From positions 1-58,139 of the IMG/VR virus record IMGVR_UViG_3300045988_055482: DNA of 58,139 bases, one strand, 5' to 3'. Under the pieces are notes generated by a model. The model made no database searches. It worked only from the letters and a program-made list of their open reading frames with translations, and had not been told where the DNA came from. The position numbers and the translations under genes were made by a program. This DNA is from a virus. This document shows, piece after piece, positions 1 through 10,856 of the stretch (its first letter is position 1; every line of letters begins with the position of its first letter).

Positions 1-55
1 GTTCCAAAAGTAAATATATTTCTTCTGCCATCTTTCTTAGCAAAGTCGTATAGTG
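1..55. repeat. Terminal direct repeat: 1-55 is identical to 58085-58139 (closed circular contig overlap)
   Basis: The same 55-mer (gttccaaaagtaaatat...gtcgtatagtg) is read at both ends. It lies inside an ORF that stays in frame across the junction. Confidence 0.95.
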
Positions 56-563
56 CCTTACATCTTACACCAGTCCATTGACCAAGACCTACACCAATCC
101 AGTGTTTACCATCCACAAGATAACCTGCTTCATTTAGCTCAATATTTGGGTACATTCTGGAAAACTCATACCAACTACCAACAAGGTTCTCTGCTGTAGG
201 TTCATCTTTCATCTTCTCATAATCTCTTCCTGTGAGATAGTCTGTTTCATACCTCTTAGCTGTAACATTACTCTCAATACCAAAATAACCTATAATAGCA
301 GATACACCTTCAACTTTAGATTCAGGAATTTCTTTCTTAATAGCTTTCACAAACTGCTTAATTCTTCCTTGAACATCTTTAGATTCAGCTTCTTCTGTAT
401 CCTCTTCTCCATAAGGAGCACATGCTTTTGAGGTTGAAAGTGAGGATACATAGTCAAGAGCATAAAGGTCTGTTACACCACCTCTACGTTGCTTAGATTG
501 TTGAATAACCCTTGCCTTTGTCCTTGCTACTGAGTTTATTAGTTTTATATAATTGTTACTCAT
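1..563 (-). CDS. Tail-associated peptidoglycan hydrolase (phage tail lysozyme-like), N-terminal part. The gene wraps the junction and continues 58084->57400, 415 aa in total.
   Basis: ATG at 563-561 with GGAGGA at 572-567. My translation MSNNYIKLINSV...GLGQWTGVRCKALYDFAKKDGRRNIFTFGTQFKF runs in frame into MLSEEGL... of ORF 57400..58071. The GxGQWTG.R motif is typical of phage tail lysozyme domains. 563+685 nt = 416 codons. Confidence 0.7.
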   Translation of the reverse strand, partial: MSNNYIKLINSVARTKARVIQQSKQRRGGVTDLYALDYVSSLSTSKACAPYGEEDTEEAESKDVQGRIKQFVKAIKKEIPESKVEGVSAIIGYFGIESNVTAKRYETDYLTGRDYEKMKDEPTAENLVGSWYEFSRMYPNIELNEAGYLVDGKHWIGVGLGQWTGVRCKALYDFAKKDGRRNIFTFG

Positions 564-571
564 ATATCCTC

Positions 572-1849
572 CTATTGGTTTACTGTAATGTCTCTATCAC
601 TATAAAGAAACTTAGAGAGCTTTAGTCTTTGTATATGAGCATCACCCTCAGAGTATTCATCTGTAATGTGTGTCACAAAGAACCAATCGCTCAGCTTAAG
701 TATTTTCTCATAATACTTAGTACAAGCTGTAAGTTCCCATACTCCTGCATTGAGAGTAAACATCACCCTATCCCCTACAGACAATGATTTAGGCTTTAGA
801 GGCTCTACAGTGACACTATAGACTACTTTCCTACGAGAGTTAATTAAGCGCCTTATAGACGTTCTATAGAGCTGTTCTGTGGCTTTTAACCTATCTGAGT
901 CAGTAATCTCTCTGTTATTCTCTGCGATGGACTGTGTGTCATTATCTGTAACAGTACCCCAATACAATTCTCCTGCCTCTAAAGCAATACCCTCTTCATC
1001 CATTACAGCAAATTCATCACCAATAATTTCAGGAGCAAACACAGGGAGCTGAGGATAGTCATAAGACCTTTGTGAGTTTACCTTGTTACCTGTCTTAATC
1101 ACAGGAAATCCTTTAAGCATGAGTTTAGGGTTATGGAAAATATCTCTAAGAGTAAGAGAACTAGCACCACTATCTGATTTATCTGACATAGCCACAGCGA
1201 TGTTTACAGTGTCTTCATAGTTTTCCTCTACGTCATCAAGTGATACTAAGTTATTATACTCATTGATTAGGATGTCTCTCTTCTCTCCAAAGATACCAAA
1301 CTCAATCAAGTAAGGGTCTATTCTGCTTACCCTCCAATAAAGAGAAGTAGTCTTTTCACACACTTTAGTAAGGAACTCAAGGAATGTTTCATTAGAAAAC
1401 TCATACTCAATAAGGTTTTTCTCTGCATAGTCATCTAAGTAGGTTATCTTAAAATCATTCAGTAAGTCATCCTTGTGTTGCTCATTACTCCAATACCCCA
1501 TAGCTTGAGTTACAGCAGAGACTACAGAACGTGCTTTTACTGTTACGTTTGTAGGAAGTGTTCTCTTATCCAGTCTTCCAATAACATGTGAAGTTCTTAC
1601 CTGAACAGTCATTTCCTTAAAATTATTGGTCTTATCTCCTACATACCCTCTGTACACCCAATCATCTGTAGAAAGTACAATGTGGGAACTCCCTGTTAGA
1701 TGTTTAGTGTAGCTTATAGGCAAGGTAAGTGTGATAGAGGGAACTTCCATTAGAGAGTATTCCAAAGAGATATTTCCTAAGAAGTGGTCTTTTGGAATAA
1801 CCATTGAACCTAAACCAGAACGCTCTGTATTCTCAATATAACCAATCAT
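572..1849 (-). CDS. Tail tip / baseplate protein (Tal-like)
   Basis: 425-aa ORF two genes downstream of the tape measure, with ATGA overlap to the upstream gene. Function is inferred from position only. Confidence 0.5.
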   Translation of the reverse strand: MIGYIENTERSGLGSMVIPKDHFLGNISLEYSLMEVPSITLTLPISYTKHLTGSSHIVLSTDDWVYRGYVGDKTNNFKEMTVQVRTSHVIGRLDKRTLPTNVTVKARSVVSAVTQAMGYWSNEQHKDDLLNDFKITYLDDYAEKNLIEYEFSNETFLEFLTKVCEKTTSLYWRVSRIDPYLIEFGIFGEKRDILINEYNNLVSLDDVEENYEDTVNIAVAMSDKSDSGASSLTLRDIFHNPKLMLKGFPVIKTGNKVNSQRSYDYPQLPVFAPEIIGDEFAVMDEEGIALEAGELYWGTVTDNDTQSIAENNREITDSDRLKATEQLYRTSIRRLINSRRKVVYSVTVEPLKPKSLSVGDRVMFTLNAGVWELTACTKYYEKILKLSDWFFVTHITDEYSEGDAHIQRLKLSKFLYSDRDITVNQ

Positions 1850-2952
1850 ACTGTTACTCCCTCATAGTCAATGAACAAGCAAGCATTCTCACTTACTACA
1901 CCACTAACACTTACATTATTGATTCCCTTGTGAATATAAGGCATTTCATGGCACAGGGTTAATACTGATAGAGGTACTTCTTTATAGCTATACTCTAAAC
2001 AATCCCATGAAGTAGCATAGCGTATTTCACCTCTATAATTGGCTATAAGGACACCATCATACTCACCCTGAATCTTGTAGTCTACATCATTTATTCTAAC
2101 TATAGGGTCTTTAAATTTACCATCTAAGGCTATACTCCACTTGTGACTATCTAATACTGTATCAGAAATAAAACTACCACTCATAACCTCATTTACACAG
2201 TTATCACAGATAGAGTGCTTATAGTAATCTTTTAGAGACATTCCACACTTATTCTTAGAACAGTTATACACTACTCTCCATCTGGAATTACACTCATGGA
2301 AAAAGTCATTCATAATTTCAATGTTGTTCTGTGCTGTACACATATCAATCATTCCATTAATATCATCACAGTCATTCTCACAACATTCACAGATTAGGTT
2401 ACAATTTGGTAGACCATTACAACAATGTCTTGATTTACCCAGACAAGAAGCCTTCATGTCAAGGAAGTCGCAATTATTATAATCATCTAGGAAAGTTTTT
2501 GCATCATCAGCCTTATACCACACAGCTTCTGGATTGTCAAATTCTACTTTAAATACAAGATAGTCATCATCAGTCACAACCCAATCTTTACTTGCTTGTA
2601 TACTTGTTACATAGGCATTACACCAAATTAGTTGCAATCCTGTATTGACAGCCCATAGTTTACCCGGAGTTAAGAGTTGTTCAATGATAAAGTCATAGTG
2701 TGCTTGAATATGTTCCTCTGACCAATTATTAGTCCTAAGAGCAATTTTAAGTGATATTGTATTACTATCTATTAAGGATTTATTTGATACATTACCAACA
2801 TAAGAACCATTAGCAAAAGTGCGTGAGGTTTTACTCTCACGCAAACTAATGCTTTCAGTCTGCTCATCAATAGATTTTCTACCAAGGAACACTAGGTCAT
2901 TAAATTGGATGTAACGTCTAGGCTTTGAGAAGTTATCTCCACAGTTAAACAT
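1846..2952 (-). CDS. Distal-tail-protein-position gene with a very Cys-rich central insertion
   Basis: 368 aa, TAATG overlap with the tape measure stop. Central segment CLGKSRHCCNGLPNCNLICECCENDCDD...CTAQ...HECN...CSKNKCG...CDNC. Confidence 0.5.
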   Translation of the reverse strand: MFNCGDNFSKPRRYIQFNDLVFLGRKSIDEQTESISLRESKTSRTFANGSYVGNVSNKSLIDSNTISLKIALRTNNWSEEHIQAHYDFIIEQLLTPGKLWAVNTGLQLIWCNAYVTSIQASKDWVVTDDDYLVFKVEFDNPEAVWYKADDAKTFLDDYNNCDFLDMKASCLGKSRHCCNGLPNCNLICECCENDCDDINGMIDMCTAQNNIEIMNDFFHECNSRWRVVYNCSKNKCGMSLKDYYKHSICDNCVNEVMSGSFISDTVLDSHKWSIALDGKFKDPIVRINDVDYKIQGEYDGVLIANYRGEIRYATSWDCLEYSYKEVPLSVLTLCHEMPYIHKGINNVSVSGVVSENACLFIDYEGVTV

Positions 2953-5900
2953 TAAACATACCTCATTAACTTGTCTAGTCCAAACATACCATTTAGGTAT
3001 TGAGACTTATTGTCAATATTTTGACTAATTTGTGCGTTATTTGTGTTATATACATTGTTAATTATAGTTGATTTAGCAACACTTTGCAAGGCATTCACAC
3101 CAAACCTATTGAGGTTATTTAGGAAGTTAGTACCTAAACTATCAACAGCTTTCTTACGCAATACATATTCACCCGGAGTAAGCATAGTAGGCACAGTATC
3201 AGTGCCTTTTGGCTTCCAGTTAATCCCTACAGGAAGACCATTAGAGTGGTACTCAGGGATAAGCCCACCAGTGCTTTGGTAGATATTATCTCTTTCTTGC
3301 TCAGCTTGTCTTCTGTAGTTACTGAAAGCTCTTTGCTTAGCATTATTACCCTCAGCAGTAGCTTGAGCTACAGCCTCATCTAGTTTAGCTATAGTAGCAT
3401 CGATAGCCTTACGTGTTGCTGATTCAAGAGCTGTTATTCCTGCTGAGATACCTGCTGTAGCAATACCCGGAATATCTACTCCACCAATAATACCAGTACC
3501 TTCAAGGAATTTCTTCTGAGCATCTGATAGACCATTGGTAACAGAGAGTTTAAACTCATTGACACCATTCTTAAGACCTTCTGCGCTGACATCCTTGATA
3601 CCTGCTTTGTCAAGAAGAGCTTGACCTTCTTCAACCTTGAGTACACCATCTTTAATGAGCTTAGCTACACTTTCCTTAAAGGCATCAATTCTTACTTGAT
3701 TTTCCTCTGTTCTAGGTAGCTTAGACACAAAGTCAGCAGAATCCAGCATCTGGTTCAGTGTGTTAAGGTCATCCCACAGACCATTCTTAAGAATCTCAGT
3801 ATACTTAGTAGCAGTATCTCCAAGTTTCTCCTTAATGGATTCTGCAAGAGCTATAGTTTGTTGTTCTCTTGTTCCTCCTTGTAACTTACCTTGCTTAACA
3901 AGCTCAGTAGCCTTAGCAATTTGGTCAGAGACACTCATCTTCACAAACTCAGTTGTGTCAATTCCTGCCTTTTCTAATGCCTCTGTGATAGCCTTAGCCT
4001 TCTCACCATTGTTAGCAAAGTTTCTACTCTTAAGTACATTATCAATCTCATCTGAGATAGATGTAATATCCTTGAATAGGAAATCTACACCACTTTTAAC
4101 ACTAAGTTGTGCTTTGGTTAGTTGGGCTTTGTATGTATCAAGGTTAGCAGACTGCCTATTTGATTCCTCTTTTGTAAGAGTTTCTACAGCCTCAGCAACC
4201 TTGTTACCCTCACTATCCATAAACTCAACATATTTTTCACCAAGAGCAGATTTCACAAGTTGCAGTGATTGTAGAAGTCTAGCATCATCTTGAATACCAG
4301 ATGACTCTTTCAACTCTGACCAACTCTTAATCTTATCCCCAACCTTAACATAGAAATTCTCAATACCCTTAGGCACAGTTGCAGTCTTAATATTAAGGTC
4401 TCTTAGGGTAGATTCTAGGCTCTTACCTGTAGAGTTCTGTAATGAATCAATATAGGCACTTGCTGTAGAAAGACTCTTAGAGATACCACTACTTGAAGAA
4501 ATAGACTTGAAGAATGAGTTTCTAATATTGGCTGTTTCCTCAGCAAGTTGTTTCACAGAAGCCATATGACTTTCTAGTGTTTCTTTTGCTTGTACCTCAG
4601 CCTGTTTAGAAGCCTCTTCCTTAGCTAGTTTCTCTTGTCTAGCTCTTTCATCCTTCTGGTTATTAGCTCCTAGTATACCTGCAATAAATCCTGTAAGACC
4701 TCCAATACCTCCTCCTATAGCAGTACCAATACCGGGAATAAAGCTACCAATTCCTGCTCCTGTAAGTGCCCATGAGGCTGTATTACTTGCAATATTACCA
4801 AAATCTTTAAATCCTTGAGATTCATTTGAACCTTGTAGAGCATTGTTAGCTAAATCAAGACCAACTTGTGCCCCAAAGAAACCTAAGCCTTTCATATTAG
4901 CAGAATGTCTAGCATTATTTCTAGCAACTCTTGAGAACCCTGTAGTTGAGTTTTTAGCTACACGAGACATACCTGATAGATATGCTCCACCACTACCCAT
5001 GTTCCTTGAGGTAGTTCCTGCTCTCATAAGAGCATCAGAACCAAAAGCATTTGCTAGACCTAATGGGTTTACTTTACCACCACTCACAGCATTCATGGCA
5101 GTAGCCACAGTAGATAAACTATAGATAATATTAGTAGCCCATGATAGGAACTTAGTACCAATAAATCCTAGAATAAGGTACTTACCTAGTCCACCTAGAA
5201 GAGAAGCTACACCAGAGGCAAAGTTAGTCACAAGGGTAAAGAAGTCTAGTATCTTCTTAATACCACCCTCTACTGAATCACCAATAGAAACAAGAGTGCT
5301 CTTAATAGCTCCTGCAACAGCTTTTACAAAACCAATAACTGCTTGGAAGAATCTTTGTGCACTATTAGAAGCCAACGCAGAGATAGCTCCTTTGGCTAAT
5401 TCTACAATCAGAGGTTTAATACCCTCTACAATGCCCAGAATTGCGTTTCTTAGCCCCTCTAATGCTTTGTTTACTTGTCCTGCATTAAATGTACCAACTT
5501 GATTTACAATCGAGCTGAGAGCATCTATGACCCCTTTAAGAACGTTTGCAATTTCTTTGAAGATATTTGTTCTAGTAGCAATTTTAGTTACCACAGAAGA
5601 AACACTTTCCACAAAGTTCACAATAGAGTCAAATACACTCTTGAGAATGGATGGGTTTACAGACTTAATAATTGTATTGATTGCATTTGTGACACTTAGT
5701 AGTACATCAGTATATGCAGTAGCTCCTCCACTACTTACAGCTAGTTTAGCTAAGTTAGTATAGATGTCTACTACACCTCTAACTACTCTAGGGAATCCTG
5801 ATGTAATTAATTGAGTACCAATATCCACAATGCCCTTAGTAAGCTCTGATATGCTCTTCACAATTTCTTTTGTAGTAGTACCTAGCTCTCTACCTGTGGT

Positions 5901-7388
5901 GTTTAAGACATTCAACACAGATTTTGTAATGTCAAAGAACTCTTTACCTACATTAAGACCTTGCACACCACTCTTAAATGATGAAACAAACTTCTCAATA
6001 CCGTCTAGGAAAGACTTACTAAAGGCTAGGTTCCATGCAACACCAAAGTGGTTCACAGATTGAATAGTATCTCCAATAGCATTACCTAATTTAGTTACAT
6101 AGTCCTTAAACTTATCTGTACCTACAATATCTGCTATACCCTTGATAAAGTCTCTAGTAGCTACATACACACGGTTCAATGCTCCGGGTTTAGCATTACC
6201 ATCTTCATCAATATCATCAAATACAAGGAGGTTTGACAAAGTTTCTTTCAAGTTAGCAATCGCTTGTCTTGGTGTAATAATAGAGTTTACCAAACTTTGG
6301 AACGTGTCATCATTACCCAATCTGTTGACTATATCAAGGTATTCATCTGCTGAGATAAGTCTCTTCCTAGTAGCAGAAATAATAGAATCTTCCCCTTTAG
6401 ACTCAGCTAGTTTTTGTAGCTCAGCATTCAGTTTAGAAGCCCCTAGAGCAGACAAACGTTGACGAATGAACTTGTAGTCTTGTTGGTTTAGAACACCTGC
6501 GGCAAGCATCTGAGATGTTTGTTCTGTTACAGTCTTCATCCCCTCAATAGGGTTTTTAGTCTGTGCTAGAAGACCTGCATAACCTTTTACAATCTGCTCT
6601 GCATCCTTACGACCATAAGCAGTATAAGTAGATGCCTGCTCTAGCAAGTCTGTAGCATCAAACACAGTAGACTTACCATAATCACCAAGTCTCTTGATAG
6701 ACTTATTAGTAGTCTTCTCATCAAACCCTAGAGCCTGCATGTTGATACGATATACCTGCATAGCATCCCCAAGGTCATTGGATTCATTCTTAAGTTGCCC
6801 TATACTATTTCTGATACCATTAACACCACCAGAAACAAGACTACCTAGTGCTCCTTTAATACCATTACCAACTAAGCCCATAAGGTTTTTCTGCATATCT
6901 AAGATAGTGCTATTTAAGCTATTAAACACAGACAGCAAACCCTTTGCAGGAGCTATAGCACCAAGTTTAACCATTTGACTAGAAAGACCTACAGCAGAAC
7001 GAGTAACATCATCCACAGCTTTATGTAGGTTTCTCCATGATTGATAGTCTTGGTCTTTGACTTTAATATAACTAGAATCAAAGGTAGGTCTAGATGAGGA
7101 ACTAGTATTTGAACTTCCTTGAGAAGAAGATACATCACCCTTTGTTGAGCCTACTCTAATAGGCATACTTTCAATCTGTTTCTTAAGGGCTAAATAATCT
7201 TTTAGGGCTTTATCTGTGTTTATAATGAGGTTTACATTAAAAGAGAGCGAGGAAGTATTCTTCCCGCCCATCTTTCTTAGTTTCTTCTCAAAGTCTAACA
7301 CAGAATCCCTTAGAGCTGACACAGACTTTTGGGCTTTTTCAATTTCCTTTAAACCTGTAATATCAACCTTAATGGTTCTTACTGCCAT
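2952..7388 (-). CDS. Tail tape measure protein
   Basis: 1478 aa, the largest ORF. Ala/Gly/Ser/Ile-rich helical repeats, a Gly-rich hydrophobic block (GIGSFIPGIGTAIGGGIGGLTGFIAGILG), and placement between tail and baseplate genes. Confidence 0.85.
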   Translation of the reverse strand: MAVRTIKVDITGLKEIEKAQKSVSALRDSVLDFEKKLRKMGGKNTSSLSFNVNLIINTDKALKDYLALKKQIESMPIRVGSTKGDVSSSQGSSNTSSSSRPTFDSSYIKVKDQDYQSWRNLHKAVDDVTRSAVGLSSQMVKLGAIAPAKGLLSVFNSLNSTILDMQKNLMGLVGNGIKGALGSLVSGGVNGIRNSIGQLKNESNDLGDAMQVYRINMQALGFDEKTTNKSIKRLGDYGKSTVFDATDLLEQASTYTAYGRKDAEQIVKGYAGLLAQTKNPIEGMKTVTEQTSQMLAAGVLNQQDYKFIRQRLSALGASKLNAELQKLAESKGEDSIISATRKRLISADEYLDIVNRLGNDDTFQSLVNSIITPRQAIANLKETLSNLLVFDDIDEDGNAKPGALNRVYVATRDFIKGIADIVGTDKFKDYVTKLGNAIGDTIQSVNHFGVAWNLAFSKSFLDGIEKFVSSFKSGVQGLNVGKEFFDITKSVLNVLNTTGRELGTTTKEIVKSISELTKGIVDIGTQLITSGFPRVVRGVVDIYTNLAKLAVSSGGATAYTDVLLSVTNAINTIIKSVNPSILKSVFDSIVNFVESVSSVVTKIATRTNIFKEIANVLKGVIDALSSIVNQVGTFNAGQVNKALEGLRNAILGIVEGIKPLIVELAKGAISALASNSAQRFFQAVIGFVKAVAGAIKSTLVSIGDSVEGGIKKILDFFTLVTNFASGVASLLGGLGKYLILGFIGTKFLSWATNIIYSLSTVATAMNAVSGGKVNPLGLANAFGSDALMRAGTTSRNMGSGGAYLSGMSRVAKNSTTGFSRVARNNARHSANMKGLGFFGAQVGLDLANNALQGSNESQGFKDFGNIASNTASWALTGAGIGSFIPGIGTAIGGGIGGLTGFIAGILGANNQKDERARQEKLAKEEASKQAEVQAKETLESHMASVKQLAEETANIRNSFFKSISSSSGISKSLSTASAYIDSLQNSTGKSLESTLRDLNIKTATVPKGIENFYVKVGDKIKSWSELKESSGIQDDARLLQSLQLVKSALGEKYVEFMDSEGNKVAEAVETLTKEESNRQSANLDTYKAQLTKAQLSVKSGVDFLFKDITSISDEIDNVLKSRNFANNGEKAKAITEALEKAGIDTTEFVKMSVSDQIAKATELVKQGKLQGGTREQQTIALAESIKEKLGDTATKYTEILKNGLWDDLNTLNQMLDSADFVSKLPRTEENQVRIDAFKESVAKLIKDGVLKVEEGQALLDKAGIKDVSAEGLKNGVNEFKLSVTNGLSDAQKKFLEGTGIIGGVDIPGIATAGISAGITALESATRKAIDATIAKLDEAVAQATAEGNNAKQRAFSNYRRQAEQERDNIYQSTGGLIPEYHSNGLPVGINWKPKGTDTVPTMLTPGEYVLRKKAVDSLGTNFLNNLNRFGVNALQSVAKSTIINNVYNTNNAQISQNIDNKSQYLNGMFGLDKLMRYV

Positions 7389-7403
7389 ACTTTTCTCCTA
7401 TGG

Positions 7404-8759
7404 TTAAGCTACATCCTCAATGTTTCTACGGATTTCATAGAAGTTACCATTTTCATCACGAGAAACTGTGAATGAAAGTGATAGAGTAATTTCTCCCTCC
7501 GTACTGAACTCACGAGAATTTTCAGTGATAAGTACATTGTTGAATACATAGTATTCCTTAACACCACGAGTGTTTTCAACCATTTGTGTTACACGGAAGT
7601 GTGTATTGCGAAGTCGTTTGTCATTAGCAACAATCAACTCAACATCACGCTCACCATTGTAGGTAACAAGCATCTTTTCACCAATATACATTGGATTAAC
7701 AAGAACTGTACCTCTGTCATAACCATGATAACCTTGAGTAAGAGCAATGAACTCATCATCTTCCAACTCAACACCCGGTGATACAGGTAGGTTAGACATA
7801 TATGTGCAAGAACAACGGTCAGATGAGATTGTGATAGTGTTACAGTCTTCATAGTAAAGGTCTGGAATCACAAGTGAACCATACTTCTTACCTTCAATAG
7901 TAACTTCTTGAATCACAAAGCTATCTGTCACAGGAATACCACTTGTCATACGTTTAGACATTGATTGAAGTGGGTTCAACCAGTAGTCATTACATGATGT
8001 AGTAGTTGCTGTAATCTCTTTTGTAATCTCAATTTGAGACTTATCATACTGTCTACCAAAGCAACGAGCATCTGTAGCAGGTACAGAGACATTGTGGGTA
8101 AATGATGTCAAACATGAGAGCAATACATTAGAGAATTTACGCAACTCTGAACGGTCATTCACAATAGATGGACTTGAGAATCCAATATGACCTGTAAGCT
8201 CATCTTCTCCCTTATATGTAACTTCATAAGTAACCACAATACCATGGTCAGAAGGTTTCCAACCAGTACCTGTTTGTGTCATTACTTTTGAATCTGCAAA
8301 GTCTACTGTACGAAGGATGAATCCCGGAGTAGATGCAGTAAAGGTATAAGTGTACACATAAGAGTTAGTTTGTGCTGTATCAGGGAAATCTGACACAATA
8401 GCTTTAAACTCATACTTACCTGCTTTAGGAACATTGATATAAATCATGTTGAAACCTAGTGCAAAGTCATCTGCATCAGCTCTAACTTGGAACTTCACAG
8501 AGGCTTTCTTCTCAGCAGGGTTTACATAGAGAGTACCAGTGTTCAAACACTTAATAGGGTTACAGTTAATTTGGTCTTCTGGCACATCCTTACGAACATA
8601 CTGTACAAGAGTTCCTGATGGAATCTGTAGCTGTTTGTTAGTTTTCCAACGAACACAAGGGCGAATTTCTTCTGTGATAGACACAATGATTTTTGAGTCT
8701 TTATCTTGTGTGTTGTAACCATACATAGGATGTGACATATCTACGAAACAGTTAGACAT
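7404..8759 (-). CDS. Virion structural protein immediately upstream of the tape measure (possible major tail protein)
   Basis: 451-aa ORF abutting neighbouring genes. No motif recognised; role inferred from position. Confidence 0.35.
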   Translation of the reverse strand: MSNCFVDMSHPMYGYNTQDKDSKIIVSITEEIRPCVRWKTNKQLQIPSGTLVQYVRKDVPEDQINCNPIKCLNTGTLYVNPAEKKASVKFQVRADADDFALGFNMIYINVPKAGKYEFKAIVSDFPDTAQTNSYVYTYTFTASTPGFILRTVDFADSKVMTQTGTGWKPSDHGIVVTYEVTYKGEDELTGHIGFSSPSIVNDRSELRKFSNVLLSCLTSFTHNVSVPATDARCFGRQYDKSQIEITKEITATTTSCNDYWLNPLQSMSKRMTSGIPVTDSFVIQEVTIEGKKYGSLVIPDLYYEDCNTITISSDRCSCTYMSNLPVSPGVELEDDEFIALTQGYHGYDRGTVLVNPMYIGEKMLVTYNGERDVELIVANDKRLRNTHFRVTQMVENTRGVKEYYVFNNVLITENSREFSTEGEITLSLSFTVSRDENGNFYEIRRNIEDVA

Positions 8760-8993
8760 TTATTTCTCCTTTTTGTCTTGGTTTCCATTTTGTTCTTGCT
8801 TAACAACGGCAGGGGTTTGTGCTACTGGAGCATCTTGACCTCTACCTTGTTGAGGCTTTTTTGAGTCTTCCTCCACCATATGCTCACGTACACGAGACAT
8901 AGCTTGCATTTCAAGTCTACCCCCATGACGATTAGCAATCTCATTACGAGACATGAAGAACTCATTAAGGTTTAATGGTTGTTCAAATGCCAT
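8760..8993 (-). CDS. Hypothetical small late protein
   Basis: 77-aa ORF abutting the next gene. Charged, Gln/Lys-rich C-terminus. Confidence 0.55.
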   Translation of the reverse strand: MAFEQPLNLNEFFMSRNEIANRHGGRLEMQAMSRVREHMVEEDSKKPQQGRGQDAPVAQTPAVVKQEQNGNQDKKEK

Positions 8994-9004
8994 TATTTTC
9001 TCCT

Positions 9005-9577
9005 TTACTTACACGTAAATATTGAGAGAGTCACAGGGAAAGAAAACATTTCTACCTCATCTATAAGCTCATTAGAGAAATCCTCTGGGCATCCTATATC
9101 TAGCACTTTCACACTGATAGGTAGATACCATTTATCTAATGAAGCCACATCCTGAGCAAAGGTCTTTCTTTGTATGCCCCTCGGTGTTTTAACTTGGTGT
9201 ACCAACATATTCTTAATCTGGCAGTGTACCTCTTCTCTGTATTCTAGCTTACCCTCTGGAGTATTCTCAATACACACACGACCTGTTGGTGGGGTCACAG
9301 GAGAGTAATACACAGAAAAGTTAATAAACATTTTAGGGAAGCATTTTGAGCTATTATCACAGGTAATATCAATAGCTAAGAATGGGAACTCTACACCTTG
9401 ATTTAACTGAAAATGCTCTGATGTTCCTACATGCTTATTAAACTGCTCATCAAAGTTATTGTATCTTTTTCTAGGGTCTAGCTCATCTACATGGTCAGGT
9501 TGGATAAGATAATCAAGAACACCATAACCATACATTTGAAGCCATTTCTTAATGTTTATATACACAGCACTAATCAT
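9005..9577 (-). CDS. Hypothetical late structural/assembly protein
   Basis: 190-aa ORF with ATGA coupling to the upstream gene. Confidence 0.6.
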   Translation of the reverse strand: MISAVYINIKKWLQMYGYGVLDYLIQPDHVDELDPRKRYNNFDEQFNKHVGTSEHFQLNQGVEFPFLAIDITCDNSSKCFPKMFINFSVYYSPVTPPTGRVCIENTPEGKLEYREEVHCQIKNMLVHQVKTPRGIQRKTFAQDVASLDKWYLPISVKVLDIGCPEDFSNELIDEVEMFSFPVTLSIFTCK

Positions 9578-10056
9578 TTGGCTATTCTCCTTGGTATTTT
9601 AACTGTGTTCTTTCTACCTTGTACAGAAAGGTATTCTCTACCACTAGCTGTATCACTTGAGTTATATCTAGCTACACCTGCTCCTCTTCTTCCAGATGGT
9701 CTTATAGCCTTATATGTGCCAAAGAATCCACTTGTTGAGTCTACAAGCTGGTCTATTTCCCCTACAGTATCAAATGCTATGAATATGAATGGGAAAGCAG
9801 GGTATCTTGGATAACCCTTATCATGATAAACTCTTGTATAGTATCTATCCTTACCTCTTGCTGTAGGAGGAAAATCACTTCTATCACTGTACACAGAGAA
9901 ACCATCTGCTATCCTCTTCATCTTGATAGACCTAAACATTCGTCCTGTTTGAACAGAACCAGTGGCTTTGGCTTCTAGCATACCTGTAATAGTGAAGTCT
10001 ACAAACTCCTTAGAAAACTCAATGCCCTTCCAGTTATGAATATCAGTTGTGGTCAC
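9574..10056 (-). CDS. Hypothetical head-tail/tail protein
   Basis: 160-aa ORF in the connector/tail block. Translationally coupled. Confidence 0.6.
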   Translation of the reverse strand: MTTTDIHNWKGIEFSKEFVDFTITGMLEAKATGSVQTGRMFRSIKMKRIADGFSVYSDRSDFPPTARGKDRYYTRVYHDKGYPRYPAFPFIFIAFDTVGEIDQLVDSTSGFFGTYKAIRPSGRRGAGVARYNSSDTASGREYLSVQGRKNTVKIPRRIAK

Positions 10057-10543
10057 GAGTAATCACCCCCTGTAACTGTTTGATATAAGGTGAACATTCA
10101 AGAATAAGTTGCTCACTCTCACGAGGAATAAGTCTCTCTCCTGTCATCTTAATATCCCAACATCCGGGAAGTATTTCATAAGTTCTACAAGCTACAACTT
10201 TCCAGAATAGGTATCCTGAATCCTCAGGACAGCTAAACCTATTGCACCTTGTATTTATCCTTTGTAGAATATAATAACCATGCCTAATGTCTAAATCACA
10301 AGAATGTGATTGATTGTGTAAAGAGAAGTAGAATGTCTCTAACTGTCTTGAACCTTCCAGTCCATGAGTAGTAGTAGCATCACTATCAGCACCTCTTGAT
10401 GTAGGCATATGGTCTACACACTTAAGATGCTCAACCTCTTCCCACAAACATTTCATTACTTGCCTACTATTCTCATCATAAGTGGGAGTAGCAGTACCTT
10501 GTCTTAACACAAGGATTTCCTTATTATTCCAAGGGAGAGCCAT
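10043..10543 (-). CDS. Hypothetical head-tail joining protein
   Basis: 166-aa ORF, GGAGG-type RBS, positioned downstream of the capsid gene. Confidence 0.6.
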   Translation of the reverse strand: MALPWNNKEILVLRQGTATPTYDENSRQVMKCLWEEVEHLKCVDHMPTSRGADSDATTTHGLEGSRQLETFYFSLHNQSHSCDLDIRHGYYILQRINTRCNRFSCPEDSGYLFWKVVACRTYEILPGCWDIKMTGERLIPRESEQLILECSPYIKQLQGVITRDHN

Positions 10544-10553
10544 GATAACCTCC

Positions 10554-10856
10554 TTATAGGGTCATCTCATTGTCCGTATTGGTATATGTACTCTCCATGT
10601 TATCTGGAACTTCCTCAAATTGGTTGCGAATATTTCCATCTTTGTCTGTGTATTTTAGGTTCTTCAAATACTTACCTAGAATATCGTCTACTGGATATAC
10701 TTTGTCTTTTTCAAAGATATAAAGACGACCACTATAATAAGTACGATACACAGTCTTATAAGTCTCCACACCATTGATTGAACGTCCAGTACCACACTTT
10801 GAACAGCCATAAGAGCGTGACTCTCTAGCATATTCACCATTATATCTTACTAACAT
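10554..10856 (-). CDS. Hypothetical small late protein (CxxC)
   Basis: 100-aa ORF containing CSKCGTG. Confidence 0.55.
   Translation of the reverse strand: MLVRYNGEYARESRSYGCSKCGTGRSINGVETYKTVYRTYYSGRLYIFEKDKVYPVDDILGKYLKNLKYTDKDGNIRNQFEEVPDNMESTYTNTDNEMTL

Noticed and set aside
3043-7407. Eleven plus-strand ORFs (61-177 aa) inside the tape measure gene
   Set aside because: They are antisense to a 1478-aa gene with clear protein character. Their translations are low-complexity Ser/Leu/Phe-rich, and they lack RBSs and coupling. These are typical shadow ORFs of an AT-rich repetitive gene.
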